Shown here one piece after another: positions 51,672-64,000 of a stretch of DNA of 64,000 nucleotides (position 1 is the stretch's first letter; every line of letters begins with the position of its first letter). Position numbers and translations under genes: made by a program. The stretch spans positions 39,123,251 through 39,187,250 of the forward strand of contig NC_068998.1 of the NCBI RefSeq assembly GCF_001194135.2, given 5' to 3'. The DNA comes from Octopus bimaculoides (Eukaryota). The notes under the pieces are model-generated. The model worked only from the letters and a program-made list of their open reading frames with translations, had not been told where the DNA came from and made no database searches.

Positions 51672-51891
51672 CCCTTCAGCATTCAGATTACTTTATCAAA
51701 TGTTATGTTCATTTATTCACATTGTTTTGAATTAATCATGTATTATCTTGTAGCTTCAAGATTTCAAATGATGTAATTGTTTACTTTTAGAATGACATTG
51801 TAGAATAAGTATGAGAGGCCATATCTGGCTGATTTGAACTTAGAACAGGTAGAATATTCAGGTCAGAGTGTCTGGTTTAAACGTTAAAGGG
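51672..51891. mobile_element. piggyBac-type MITE, second family
   Basis: TTAA-CCCTT...AAGGG-TTAA; a reverse-oriented partial copy lies at ~24931-25125. Confidence 0.8.
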
Positions 51892-51980
51892 TTAATATTT
51901 CTGAAATTTTTAAATAAGCTAGGGTACAAGAGAAGGCAGTGTACAACCTCTCTCTCTTTCTCTCTCTCTCTCTTTCTCTA

Positions 51981-52025
<45 letters not shown>

Positions 52026-53729
52026 TGATTCCCAATCAGAACATCTGTAGCTAAAAAAAAAAAAAAGATATATGCAAGGAAGGAGGAACTTTGGGGTTGC
52101 ATGAGGTCAAGTTTGAACACATGCAACATAGTAGTAAACTCTACTAAATGCAACTAAGAACCAAATCATGTTACACTCATGTAACCTTCACCAAAAACAA
52201 AAAAACAAAAAAATGAATAAATAATAATAATAATAAATTAAATCCTTTGATCAAATTGTAGAGTCAGTTCATGTTCTGTGTAGTTCCATTTTGCTTTTCA
52301 AGTTATTTCTTTTGTTAAATGGTATTTTATTGTTTGGGTTCTCTTTTGAATGCGCAACATCACTTGTTATTGCAAAATGTTGTTATTGTTTATTGTATTT
52401 GCATGGTGATACTTTATTTCATTTATTAAAACTGTCTGGAAAAAGTTGTTTTTATTTTTAGCGTTACGTTTTTTTGTTATCTATTTTTTTTTTACTGCAA
52501 TTTGGTAAATAATTTTTCTCGATAATATTGTTTTATTGGTGTTTATACTTTAAGTTTTTATTTTATTTTAATTTTGTTTTTTAATCTATAATTGACATTT
52601 TGCCTTTTAATTTGAATAAATGGGAAGGAGATTTAGTGTCTTGTTATGAAGACATAGTAGAAATAGTCTCACACACACTCACAGACACACACACTCTCAC
52701 ATACACGATTATATTCTCTCTAGATTTCTACGATTATGAAATCTAAGAAAACATTTTAATGTTTTATATTAATAATTATTTTTTCATAGTTGTCTAGAAA
52801 TACATTTTCCATAAGGTTGAATAATTTTCAAAACGTTTGTTTTTACTATATCCTTCAAAAGTAGGTCTGCTGCATACAAATAAAATAAGAAATGTATAAC
52901 CAGTTTTAGCTCGTGTGTGTGTGACAAAACCACCATCAACTAAAACCTCTGTCGAGCAAGTCTAGATGTTATTAGAACTAGAATCTCAATGGAAGATAGC
53001 TCTGACAGAATGTTAATACAAAATACAATGGGTTCAACACATGAAAAAAAAAAAAAAATATGAAGCTAAACAAACACATCAAACATGCATCCCATCTTCA
53101 TCTGCCTAGCAAATATCATTATTGTTTCTACACCTGGGTAGCACCATTCAGCCTGGCAATGTCAGCAGCATCAAAAATATCAACACTGCTTGGGAATCGT
53201 AGACAAGAAGCAAAGGGCCAAACATAAGCTCAGTGTGTTCATTGTCAACACCTGCCTATACTTACAAAGCTGGAAACAAATACAAACACCAAATCTCCAA
53301 CACAAATTGTTACACAGCTGCTAGTATCAAAGGAAGAAATTGAATGAAATATAGAAAATAAAGAAAATAAATCAAAACGGACTTTGTTGCCTAAAGAACT
53401 ACTGACATAAAAACTATAAAACATAAAGACAAGCTAAATGTTGCAAACAGAAGTTATTAAACATATAAATTGCAAAAAATTAAGTTACAAACACATAAAT
53501 CAATAATATACAGAAAGATGATAATAACCAAAGGAATGACTTCCTCAAATTTCATAAGTTAGCAAACATACCCAAAAGCAAGGGAATACAGTTTCCAAGA
53601 ACTGTTAAACATGTGGAACATAATTTGGAACATAAGCTAGAATTGACATTGCCATGTTTAAAAGCTAAAAAAATAGTAGATGCTATAAATATATTATAAG
53701 AAATGCATTAAAACCAACATTACCACCTT

Positions 53730-53759
53730 ACACACACACATATCTATCTATTATATATA

Positions 53760-53825
<66 letters not shown>

Positions 53826-54175
53826 NNNNNNNNNNNNNNNNNNNNNNNNNNNNNNNTACGTGTGTGTGTGTGTATATATACGTGTGTGTGTGTGTGTATA
53901 TATACGTGTGTGTGTGTGTGTGTGTATATATACGTGTGTGTGTGTGTATATATACGTGTGTGTGTGTGTATATATACGTGTGTGTGTGTGTGTATATACA
54001 TGTGTGTGTGTGTGTGTGTATATATACATGTGTGTGTGTATATACATGTGTGTATGTATGTGTGTGTGTATGTATACATATGTGTTTATACATGTATGTA
54101 TGTAAGTGTATGTATATATGTGTGTGTATATAAGTGTATATATATGTGTGTACATGTATACACACACATGCATAC
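53730..54175. repeat. Compound (TG)n/(TA)n microsatellite with higher-order TATATACG(TG)n units
   Basis: Seen directly; ends about 90 nt upstream of the acceptor at 54265. Confidence 0.9.
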
Positions 54176-54265
54176 ACGTAATCATTGGGTTTAACAATTT
54201 TCTCCACTCCCATTACTCTTCATGCTGCCTTTTGTATTCAGCCTCCCATCGTTTCTTTATTCTAG

Positions 54266-54487
54266 AAGGAATTCCAAGATCAAATGAAACAAAAAATTGT
54301 TGATGATGACTTACTCACTGGCTTTACAAAAGATGGTGAGTCTGAGAAACGGGATGAAGGACAAGAAAAAGACAACAAAGATGATGGCTCTGTAGCAGAA
54401 GCCAAGGAATCTGAGGGAGAAAAAGAAGAGGCAGAAAAGACTGAAGCAAGTGATGAGGCTGCTGAAGAGAAAAAAGATGCTACTGAG
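54266..54487 (+). CDS. SH3BGRL: Glu/Asp/Lys-rich tail exon (74 aa, KEFQDQMKQK...EEKKDATE)
   Basis: TTTCTTTATTCTAG acceptor; open purine-rich frame encoding an acidic peptide; composition switches to a T-run right after GAG|GTGAAG (weak donor, so the 3' boundary is less certain); phase 0-0. Confidence 0.82.
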
Positions 54488-57400
54488 GTGAAGAAATGTT
54501 TTTTTTTTTTTAAAAATGCCAACAAATTATTAACGATAACGAATGCTGTTTGCCGCCTCTTATTCTGACTTTACTTACCACTCACGAAAATTATATTCTA
54601 AAAAATTTGGGATACTTTGCAAAGATATGCATGCAGTAATTTGGAATACTTTGCAAAGAAAGAAAATATTAAGGAAAAAAGAAATTTCAGATGTTATTTG
54701 GAAACAAATTGCAAAGTTAATTTTTTTTCTNNNNNNNNNNNNNNNNNNNNNNNNNNNNNNNNNNNNNNNNNNNNNNNNNNNNNNNNNNNNNNNNNNNNNN
54801 NNNNNNNNNNNNNNNNNNNNNNNNNNNNNNNNNNNNNNNNNNNNNNNNNNNNNNNNNNNNNNNNNNNNNNNNNNNNNNNNNNNNNNNNNNNNNNNNNNNN
54901 NNNNNNNNNNNNNNNNNNNNNNNNNNNNNNNNNNNNNNNNNNNNNNNNNNNNNNNNNNNNNNNNNNNNNNNNNNNNNNNNNNNNNNNNNNNNNNNNNNNN
55001 NNNNNNNNNNNNNNNNNNNNNNNNNNNNNNNNNNNNNNNNNNNNNNNNNNNNNNNNNNNNNNNNNNNNNNNNNNNNNNNNNNNNNNNNNNNNNNNNTATA
55101 TATGTATATGTATATATATGTATATATATATATATATATAATGTTACATTCTTTCTCTGCTAGTTATCTTCAGAGCTTCTCTGTTTTGCTTTAAACCTAG
55201 TTACCGTTCTGTCTTTTTTTTTTTTTTAATTTTTTTTTTTTTACCATGAGCATGAAGTAGTTCCTAACTTGCTATAAAAATATACCTCTGCAGTCTTCAT
55301 TTTCCTCTTCTCTCTTTTAATCAGTTTTATAACTAACTCAGTTTTTAAATTGGTTTCCAAATATATTTTCAAACAGATTCATTTTCGCTATTTACCAATC
55401 CCTTAAAAATAGAGTTGTTTTGCTTTGGAGTTTTCATATTCCTTGTGGCTTTTATTTAATATAACTACATATACTAGTTATGCTTACTACATAAATGTGT
55501 GTGTGTGTGTGTTTGTGTGCATGCATGTGCACGTGTGAACTGACATTTATAAAAATGCAAAAAAATGTGAAAATAGTGAGTTGCATCTCAGGTATGTTTA
55601 TTTCATGAAACTATCAACAACAATCAGACAATTGAGTTCATTGAATGCCATGAAAGAGTAACTAACTGTTTTTAGTCTTTTCTTTCACTTGACTGGATGG
55701 ATATTTGGCAAAAATCAGTAATTAGTGTAACCACCATTTGTGCTTTACAGTCCAACATCTTCAGCACATGGATAAAAATCTGGTGATTGATTCTGGCCCT
55801 AGGGTTATTGGCCAGACCTCCTTGTTAGCATGTTAAAGTTGTACAGCTATGGTCGGTCAGGGTTGATGGAGATTCCAGCATCTTCCCACATCATGTCAGC
55901 TTTTTTCTCTGCTGTTGAAACTGTTGGGTAGCTTTGGTGATCTGCATTTTTGTATTATTCTAGTGAAAATTCAACTGAAATCTGGATGCCAAGTAAGAGA
56001 AAATGTGGACTAAGGGATCCCATCAGTTCTTTGCTATAGGGATTAACCTTTATTCCATGTCCATGACCAGGACAAATGGTCTCAGTTTAATCCGTTCCTG
56101 CCCCCAGACCCGACACTTGACTTTCCCTTTTGGGCTTTATGTCTCCTAGACAGGCATCATTAAACTGCTTTACTCCTAAATGTTCTATTATAACAGTTAG
56201 TCCTATCAATAGATAGAATGCTCTCATCTGAGGTTAGGACATGTTCCCACTACACCAGTTTTTTTTTTCATTGTTCCCACTATGTTTTATCCTGCTGATG
56301 TCTTTCACTTAGAACTGCGCTTTACTGAAGATACCTTTTCATGCCAGTTTGCCTATCTGTTCTCATGGAGTTGATGTCAGACTGTAAGGACGACATGCTG
56401 AGGGTGTCCAGGCGGCTATAGAATCATATCTGTCACTGCCTGAAATCTGTCCTGCATGTATTGTCTCACTCTATGGCTGTCTTGCTTCATTGCAGCGACT
56501 CAAGTTTTTTGATCATGGGCAGTCAGCTGTAGTCCCAGTATTCCTAACATTAGACTGCAACTGGTAACAGGCAGAAATATATACATTGAAGGCATTTACA
56601 ACCTGTCCGAGATCAACTCCAGTCTCTGAATGATCAAGGGTTTGACAACACTCTTCTGAACTTAATCTCAACATTGCTGCCTCATAAAGATGGCAAGGAT
56701 ATAAAGATTTGTTGGAATGTGCTTTTATTCAGTGTTCACACCTGACACCTGCTGACCTGCTAAAAGTACATGGTGAGCATATGTAGAGGTACATGTGGAA
56801 CACTCAACTGCCTACTACTGGCATAATTTTTGTCCTTTACATTAATTTATTATATTACATGGGAGCTTGGGCCCGTAATTGTTATGCTATGGGATAAAAG
56901 GTTTAAAGCTGAGCTTGTCATGTTTTTAAACAGTGTATAGCATTTTCACATATTTTTAATGGATGTCAGTGTTTGTGTGAGCGTCTGAATGCAAACACTA
57001 ATCTTTTTTTTTTAATCTTTTCTCAGTACAATGTGCATGTAATAACTACTAGTAGTTTAATAATGTAGATTACAAGTGAGGGGTTTTGAGGCATGTTATC
57101 CTGCATAAAGCCAAGATAGAGATTTATATGATTTCATTCACTGTTTGTCCCTGTGGTAGTTTTCGAAATTCTCCCTGTAGAATTATTATTTACTTAACCC
57201 CTTCGCTCCCTACAGAGCTTAGGCCATACAACAATTTACCCCTACTTATCTCAGCTCTGGGCTGTTTGTCCCTCTCCCTGGTCTTGTTGGTTTTGAATTA
57301 TCATCAATGCTTCTATAACTTTGCTTTTTTTATAGGTAGGGGATATTGCCCTATTCAAACTTATTTTTACCTCTAGGAAGAGGTGGTTCATATTACTCTA

Positions 57401-59453
57401 GCCTGTATCCCTTTGATGTATCCAGCATGGGAGGCTCTACTTTGTTGAAAATTGCACTCCAACAATATAGCTATCAGGGTCATTGAGGCATGCAAGCCAC
57501 CACACTGCAATGAGGACTGGATCCTGTGGTGGCTGTAGATTAGTTGTACTCAATCTTTTTCCCTCGTTTATAATTACTAGAACTATTGATCATTCCATGT
57601 TGTTTTAAAGTGTAATAAATTAAACTCCCCTGAATTCTCTGTCTCCCAAGTGAAATTAAACTAATTCCCTTACAAAACCAAGTTTGTTAGCAAAATTTGA
57701 ACTCTAAATCTCTCATTCATAACTGTAGCATATCTAAGTCTTAACCAATTGGATAGAATACCTATGTCATGGCTTTAGACTATTGAAGATTTAGTGAAGA
57801 ATATCATCAGATTCTTAAAGATGTATATAACTAATGTTGGTTATCTGTTTTTATTTGTACTTTGGGCATTAGGGCTTATATTAAATAAACAGAAAAGATG
57901 AAGGGGTCAGACTGTGAACCCTAAGAAACAATTGCCTTATATCATAATTTGCAAAGAAATTGATATTATTTGCATAAGAATTTACATTCTATCATCAAAA
58001 GTTAACACACACACACACACACACACACGCTCTCTCTCTCATTAAACTGCAAAGAGGAAATGGCATGATGCCTGAGAGGTTTAAAACCCTGTAAATGCTT
58101 GCTGTCAATTTCTTCAACCCTGATCCAAATTGCAGCAGTGTTACAGAAGGGATTTGTTGTTGAGAAACCACAGTTGGCTCGTTAGTTCTGATTGAGCTAA
58201 TTAAACGCATGTCAATGGCTTGTATATCCAGCATATCAGGTATACCATGCTTTGTTCTGGTCTGGTCTAAGACCACACTCTACACACCACTCCCTATATT
58301 TATGCAGTTCAGTTGTTGGAATGGAATTGCAGTGGAGCAGCTATACAAAGATTGTTAGCTGATTGCTTGTTATTAGAGAAGATTGCCATCATCTGTTCTT
58401 CATTGCTGAAGAATTGTGACCTCATCTGCTCACTGTAGCAGAATAGGAAAGTTGCTTGCTACCACTGGGCAAAGAGAAATCATTTCCTTTTCACTATTAT
58501 GCAAGAAGAAAACACTTCTTCTCTGCTACTGTTTATGGTAAAATCCTCTTTCACTATGCAAGAACTAATATTCTTTTTACCATTAAGTGGGGGTAACTCA
58601 TCTCTCTACTACTAGACAAAGGAATCTCCTATTCTCTCTACCACTAAGATAGGGTAAAAATCTCTGTACCACCTCTTTTCTACCACTGTGACCCTAGTTT
58701 TCACTACAACTGTAAACAAATTCTATGGTATTAGTCAGTTGCAAGATGCAATTATAGGTTTTGTTCTTTAGATGATGAATACTTCTGTAAAGTCATGCTA
58801 TCTTTCCAATTCCTCAATTATATCCATCTTCCTGTTGTAGCTGAAGCTCTGGTGTACAGAACACAGTTAGTTAGAAATTAGTACAGACTAAAATTAAACT
58901 AAACAAAACTAGTTGGCCGTCATTTGTCATTGCATAATCATTTTAGTTCAGATGTAATATAATCTATTGAATACACTGACAAGTATTCTGAGAAATGACT
59001 TCTCTAGTAACTTTTTTCCTTAGCTGTACCTCAAATGAACATTGATGTGTCCTGTTTAATAAAGACTTTTCGGCTATTTTTGCTTATGACAGACCCCTGT
59101 TGTGTTTAGAGATGCTAAAAGGTGTATGGGCATGTATCCCTGTAAGGTGAACTAATTCTTCATAGCTTGTCTATTGAAGATAATCTATAACCTCAGCAAG
59201 GTAGATTTGACTGTAGTTTCATCCTCTTTACTAAACATGTGTTGGCTTGTTGTGTCATCTGTCATAACCACTTTTGTCTTCTGTATGCTCCCACTCTCTT
59301 TCTCTATTTCCCCTTTTCTTTATTTTTCATTGATTGTTTCCCTCTCTGTTTCTGTCTATCTTTCTGGCTCATTCTTTATTCTTTCTTTTGACCACATTTT
59401 TCCTATTCTCTTCCTTTTTTTCTATTTCAGTATCTTTCCTTTCTCTCACATTT

Positions 59454-59553
<100 letters not shown>

Positions 59554-61982
59554 CCTCTCCCACCCACTCTTTCACACTGTATTTTTTCTTTTTTCAAATT
59601 CTTTCTGACCCTTACATTCTTTTTGTTTCTTCCCCACACATTCTCTCCATTTTTTTCTCCCCTATTTTCTGTCTCTTTCTCACAGAGTCTTTCTGCTTCA
59701 GTCTCTCTTGTTTTCTCCTCCTCCTCTCATTGTTATTGCTATCTTCCATTATAATATCTTTATTTTACAGATGGCCTTTGTATCTTCTTACATCTGTTGT
59801 TTTAATGGTTAAACAGATCTTCAAATTTATATGTAATATTTGTATTGTTGGAGCTGGTGGTACTTTTCTTCTACTTAATTACAGTGTTAGTGATACTAAT
59901 ATCTACAGAAAGATTACCTTTGTTGTATAAACACCTAGTTTTGCTCGAAGACCTAAGATATCTTATAATGTGAGCATAAGACCAAAAAGGAGATTCCACC
60001 ATTTCTGCCATAGATGCTTAATACTGGTTAGGCTTTTCTGGCCACTGCTATCATGCTGAACACCAGGTCATATTAGATGTTATTATTTGGGAGACTTCTA
60101 CATCCTAATTGATAATGAAGATTCCTCAATCACATTAATGTTATTGGCAGACACAACATGAAATTAAAGATCTACTGAAGCTAATGGGAAACAGAGATTC
60201 TGGGAATGGTATTGTGAAATGTGTCTCAGTTGTGGCCACTTGAAGAAAATGCTTTAATGAGACAAGTAAAGTGATAAGATTTGCCAAAGAGATACATCAA
60301 GCAGAACTGATTAATTTTAATCTCGATTGAACTTATGTAGAGTTAGTTCTGTTATACTCTGACACATTGGAGCCATAATATCCTTCTATGGTTACATTTA
60401 AGCTCATAGCTGCTGGGCTATTGGCACAAACACACCTGCTCAAATAGAGCTTAAATTCTGCCCGTAAGATATTTTTTCACTAGTTATGTTCTTGACAAAA
60501 GGGTCTGTATTAATAGTCTTTCTATGCCTTTCTAAACTGAAATATAGGGCTCAGTGTGGTAGGTTTCAGTGTGTCAGTTTGAATTGATCCAGATTCAGCT
60601 GTAAATTTAGATGGTGTAGATGGCAGCTAAATATCAGGGGTATTTAGATTAAAAGAAGGAAGGTTGTGAGGAAATAAACTGCATGTGCAGTTTTATTAAC
60701 ATAAAATTGTAAGTACTTTTGCTCCCTATTTAGATCTGTGTATTTTTCTATCATCTTCAAGTGTTCTTTCACATGTAGTATATTGTGATGACTGTCATTG
60801 ACAGCTGAACTCCCTAGTTTGACGTTCAGAATTTAAGAAAAAAAAAATTATCCTGTTGTCACATAGTTTACTTCTAACTTCTTAAGCTTCATGATCAAAA
60901 GCTGACAATCATAGATATGTATCTTGACTGAATGTCTTGACCTTGTAATAGTCAAGATATTACATTCCAACACTTGTGACTTTTTCCAACAGATCTTCCA
61001 TCTCACAGCCTGGTGATGGTCAGGATTTTATTGTTTGACTCTTCATTTTTACAAGATCATGTAGCTAGAAGTGAACATATTAAACACTTTGACCTCAAAA
61101 TCTTGAAGTCAATATCCAGATCACAGCCATCTTAGTTCTAATATATTTAATATATTTAACTATATAGAGTTTCAGAATTCTCTGTGCTGTATCTACAGAA
61201 AAGTGCTACCACCTCCTAACATGTTTTTATTGATTTGTTCATGTATTTGTTTCATCTTGTTGCTAGTGTTGAGCATGTTTAGTTGAGGATGACCCCAGAG
61301 TCAGAGATAAAAAGTTGTTCGACAGTTTACTTCTTAGAGAAACATAGAACTCTGTGATTTATTAATTCATATAAACAGAAGCTGTATATGTTAGTGTGCT
61401 GAAATGTAAAGCATAGACTAACTGTTTGGGTGATACTCTTTGTCAAACAATGATCATGTCTAAAATATCTTTACTCCTTCATACTATAGATTTAAATATA
61501 TTGTTTCTGCTTTTATTCTCAAACTGAATCAGATTATTAATAATGTACCAATTATGATGATCATCTATAAAAATCTACCTTTTCCCAACCTAATGTGTTA
61601 AAAAGATAGTGTTAATAATGTGAAGTTTTGTTTTTAGTGGCAAAAACTCTACAAAGTTGCCACAATAGAAAGACTGATAGATCAATAGTTAGATTGGTAG
61701 ATTGATGGACAAGTGGTGGGCAGACAAACAGGTAATATTTCACATATCCAACGTTACCATGTCAAATTTGCACAACTTCAGACTACTACTGGAACTGGAA
61801 CCTTACTACTATTACCCCAGACTACAGTTATTAACTGTAGCCAGTACTGTCCAAAACCAGAAATATACCGAACTTCACAGAATGAGTACTGTAGCCTGAA
61901 CTAGCTGAAACGATGCTCAACCAATACTGTAGTTTATACCCCCCACTAATTCCTTTGTAATTATGTCTATTCACTAAAACAG

Positions 61983-62018
61983 GAAAAATCTGATGATAAA
62001 GAAACAGAGGAGATAAAG
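61983..62018 (+). CDS. SH3BGRL: Candidate 36-nt acidic micro-exon (EKSDDKETEEIK)
   Basis: Branch-point-like CACTAAT about 35 nt upstream; AACAG acceptor; AAG|GTAAAC donor; phase 0-0; same composition as the preceding exon. No stop codon, so the gene continues beyond the window. Confidence 0.72.
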
Positions 62019-62340
62019 GTAAACATAGATTGTATTATTTTATCTGCATGTTTCTGAAACTGAATTTATCCAATTCTAAATTCTGTAATTTACATGTTTC
62101 TAGGTCATTTACTGATTTAATCTTTTGACCAGCCTCGCCCCACTATAGGAGGACATAGGACCACAGTCTTAGTTTACTAACACAGTGGAATATTTATTTT
62201 TGTTTCTTCACTCTTCATATCGTTCATAGTTACTTACAACTTTCTGCTTTTGTCCCTGTTACTTGGTAACTGCATTGTTTTGGTTACTTTGATGCTCTGG
62301 TTATTATATCAACTCACACATTATTGTTGTTGTTATTATT

Positions 62341-62430
62341 AAGACAGTGAGCTGGCAGAATTGTTAGCACGCTGGGGGAAAATGCTTTGCAGCATTTTGT
62401 CTGTCTTTATGTTCTGGGTTCAAAAATAGC
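62341..62430 (+). mobile_element. Family A SINE, head-only fragment
   Basis: AGTGAGCTGGCAGAATTGTTAGCACGCTGGG...GGGTTCAAA; core absent. Confidence 0.7.
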
Positions 62431-63010
62431 TGTCAAGTACTGGAACTTGATGTTATTATCATTCAAACTTTTCTTTATCAAAGCAGTCCTCTTTAGTGCA
62501 ATATACTCTTGATTCTCTCTCTTTTTTTTTTTTTTACCAAAGCCACCTTGTTTAAACAATTCATACTCTTTATTTAACAATGTCATCTTGGTTAAACTTC
62601 TCATTCTCTTTTTTAGCCAAACCATCTTGGTTAATCTTCGCAAACTCTCTTATTTTGTACCAAAACCATTTTCTGTCTCTAAGAAGGAGCATGACTGTTA
62701 GTTATAAGCCTTTTCTTTTATATTTATATTCATAATCCAATTCACTGAACATAGGCATTGTTTGAAATTACTGTCTTGTAAACATTCCTTACAGAGATTG
62801 ATCTGCTGGTTCTTCAATCTTTTAATGTGGTGCCAGACTTGAACTACTCTCAACACTCTTATAATTTGCAGGAAATATTTCCTCTGTCTGTATGCCATAT
62901 GTGTGCTATGTAAATTTCCTGTTCTTTTCATTTGGAAATTCTTTTAACCTCTTTTTACTGGGATTATTATTATTATTATTATTATTATTATTTTTATTTT
63001 TATTTTTATA

Positions 63011-63445
63011 AAGGCAAAAAGCTGACAGGATTGTTAACATGCCAAACTAATGTTTAGCAGTATTTTTTCTGACTTTATATTCTGAGTTCCAATTCCACCA
63101 GTCAGCTTTGTCTTTCATCACTCCAGGGTTGATAAAACAAAGTACCAGTTAAGCTGGTATTGATGTAATCAACTTGCCCTCTCTCCTAAAAATTACTGGC
63201 CTTGTGCCAAAATTTGAAACCATTATTATTATTGTTAAGGTGGCAAGCTGGCAGAATCATTAGCAGACTTGTAAAATGCTTGGCAGTATTTCATCCAACT
63301 TCATGTTCTGAATTCAAATGCCTCCAGAGTTGACTTTGCTTTTCATCCTTTAGGAGTTGATAAAAGGCATACCAGTTGAGCACTGGGGTTGATGTAATCA
63401 AATTCCCACTCCTCTGAACATGCTGGCCTTGTGCCAAAATTTGAA
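63011..63445 (+). mobile_element. Two tandem family A SINEs
   Basis: Copies at ~63011-63235 and ~63237-63445, separated by TTA repeats. Confidence 0.82.
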
Positions 63446-63459
63446 AACGTTGTTGTTGC

Positions 63460-63670
63460 GCTTGTGCCACATAAAAGGCACCTGTACTACTGCTACATAA
63501 AAAGCACAGTAAAAAGTGGTTGGTTTTAGGAAAGGCATCCAACTGTAGAAACTATGCCAAAACAGACAATTGAAACCTGGTGTAGCCCTCTGGCTTGCTA
63601 GCTGCGATTGATTCATCCAACCCATGCCAGCATTGAAAGCAGACATTAAATGATGATGATGATTATTATT
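63460..63670 (+). mobile_element. Repeat C (RTE-type 3' end), diverged
   Basis: AGGAAAGGCATCCAACTGTAGAAAC...CATTGAAAGCAGACATTAAA(TGA)n. Confidence 0.8.
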
Positions 63671-63674
63671 ATTG

Positions 63675-64000
63675 AGAGAGCAGTGCATGCCATCAAAGTG
63701 ATACTGGGGTAAAATATACAAAGCCCTGTATACCCATCATGACTATTCGTCTGATGAGGGTACATGCATCACAACCATATGTGTGCAACATAGTGATCTC
63801 ATATCAAGATAAACAGCACATGACCATGCAGGTGGGGCCAAGTTGGAATTTTTGTCAGGTCGAGTAGCCCATCCCACTCAAAAGGTCTCTGAATAAGGGT
63901 TGTTTGAGGATGTTGAAAGAAACACCCATGTTTCCAGAGATGAATTATTCAAACCTCAAAGAATTCCTTTCAACACATGGCTTTGATGTTCCTCCGCTAC
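63675..64000. repeat. Dispersed repeat D-related element, cut by the window end
   Basis: Shares TTATTCAAAC..CAAAGAAT..TCAACACATGGCT with the other two copies but has a different upstream part. Confidence 0.6.

Larger units (their letters stand above)
19445..55096. other. Ten assembly gaps: 19445-20000, 23289-23532, 26222-26231, 27536-28471, 32522-33316, 34481-34939, 42133-43008, 48599-49349, 53826-53856, 54731-55096
   Basis: Runs of N, nearly all abutting microsatellites or young repeats. They could hide further small exons. Confidence 0.98.

Noticed and set aside
53120-53330. LHLGSTI... as another RTE fragment
   Set aside because: Only one short motif matches and the flanks give no recognisable continuation.
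54284-54568. 94-aa ORF as a stand-alone gene
   Set aside because: The frame is open upstream to a good acceptor at 54265, so it is better explained as an internal exon of the SH3BGR-family gene.
19276-55163. Long ORFs in the track (200-400 aa) that cross N gaps
   Set aside because: They are open only because N codons and dinucleotide repeats contain no stops.

Overview
AT-rich, microsatellite-dense eukaryotic genomic DNA with ten N gaps. The repeat content looks like an octopus/coleoid cephalopod draft assembly (inference, not verified). The whole window lies inside one plus-strand gene of the SH3BGR/SH3BGRL family (glutaredoxin/thioredoxin-like fold plus acidic tail); its first and last exons are outside the window. 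Two core exons are unambiguous (296-481, 25511-25570). The tail appears to be built from one 222-nt Glu/Asp/Lys-rich exon (54266-54487) and four candidate phase-0 micro-exons of 24, 27, 33 and 36 nt that I found by reading splice signals. The introns hold at least three tRNA-headed SINE families, RTE LINE fragments and 3' tails, a decayed full-length Tc1/mariner element, piggyBac-type MITEs, a 265-bp solo-LTR-like insert and Penelope-like fragments carrying minimal hammerhead-ribozyme motifs. No prokaryote-type system, CRISPR array, rRNA or genuine tRNA gene is supported. SINE labels A, B and E and repeat labels C and D are my own working names, and most repeat boundaries are approximate.
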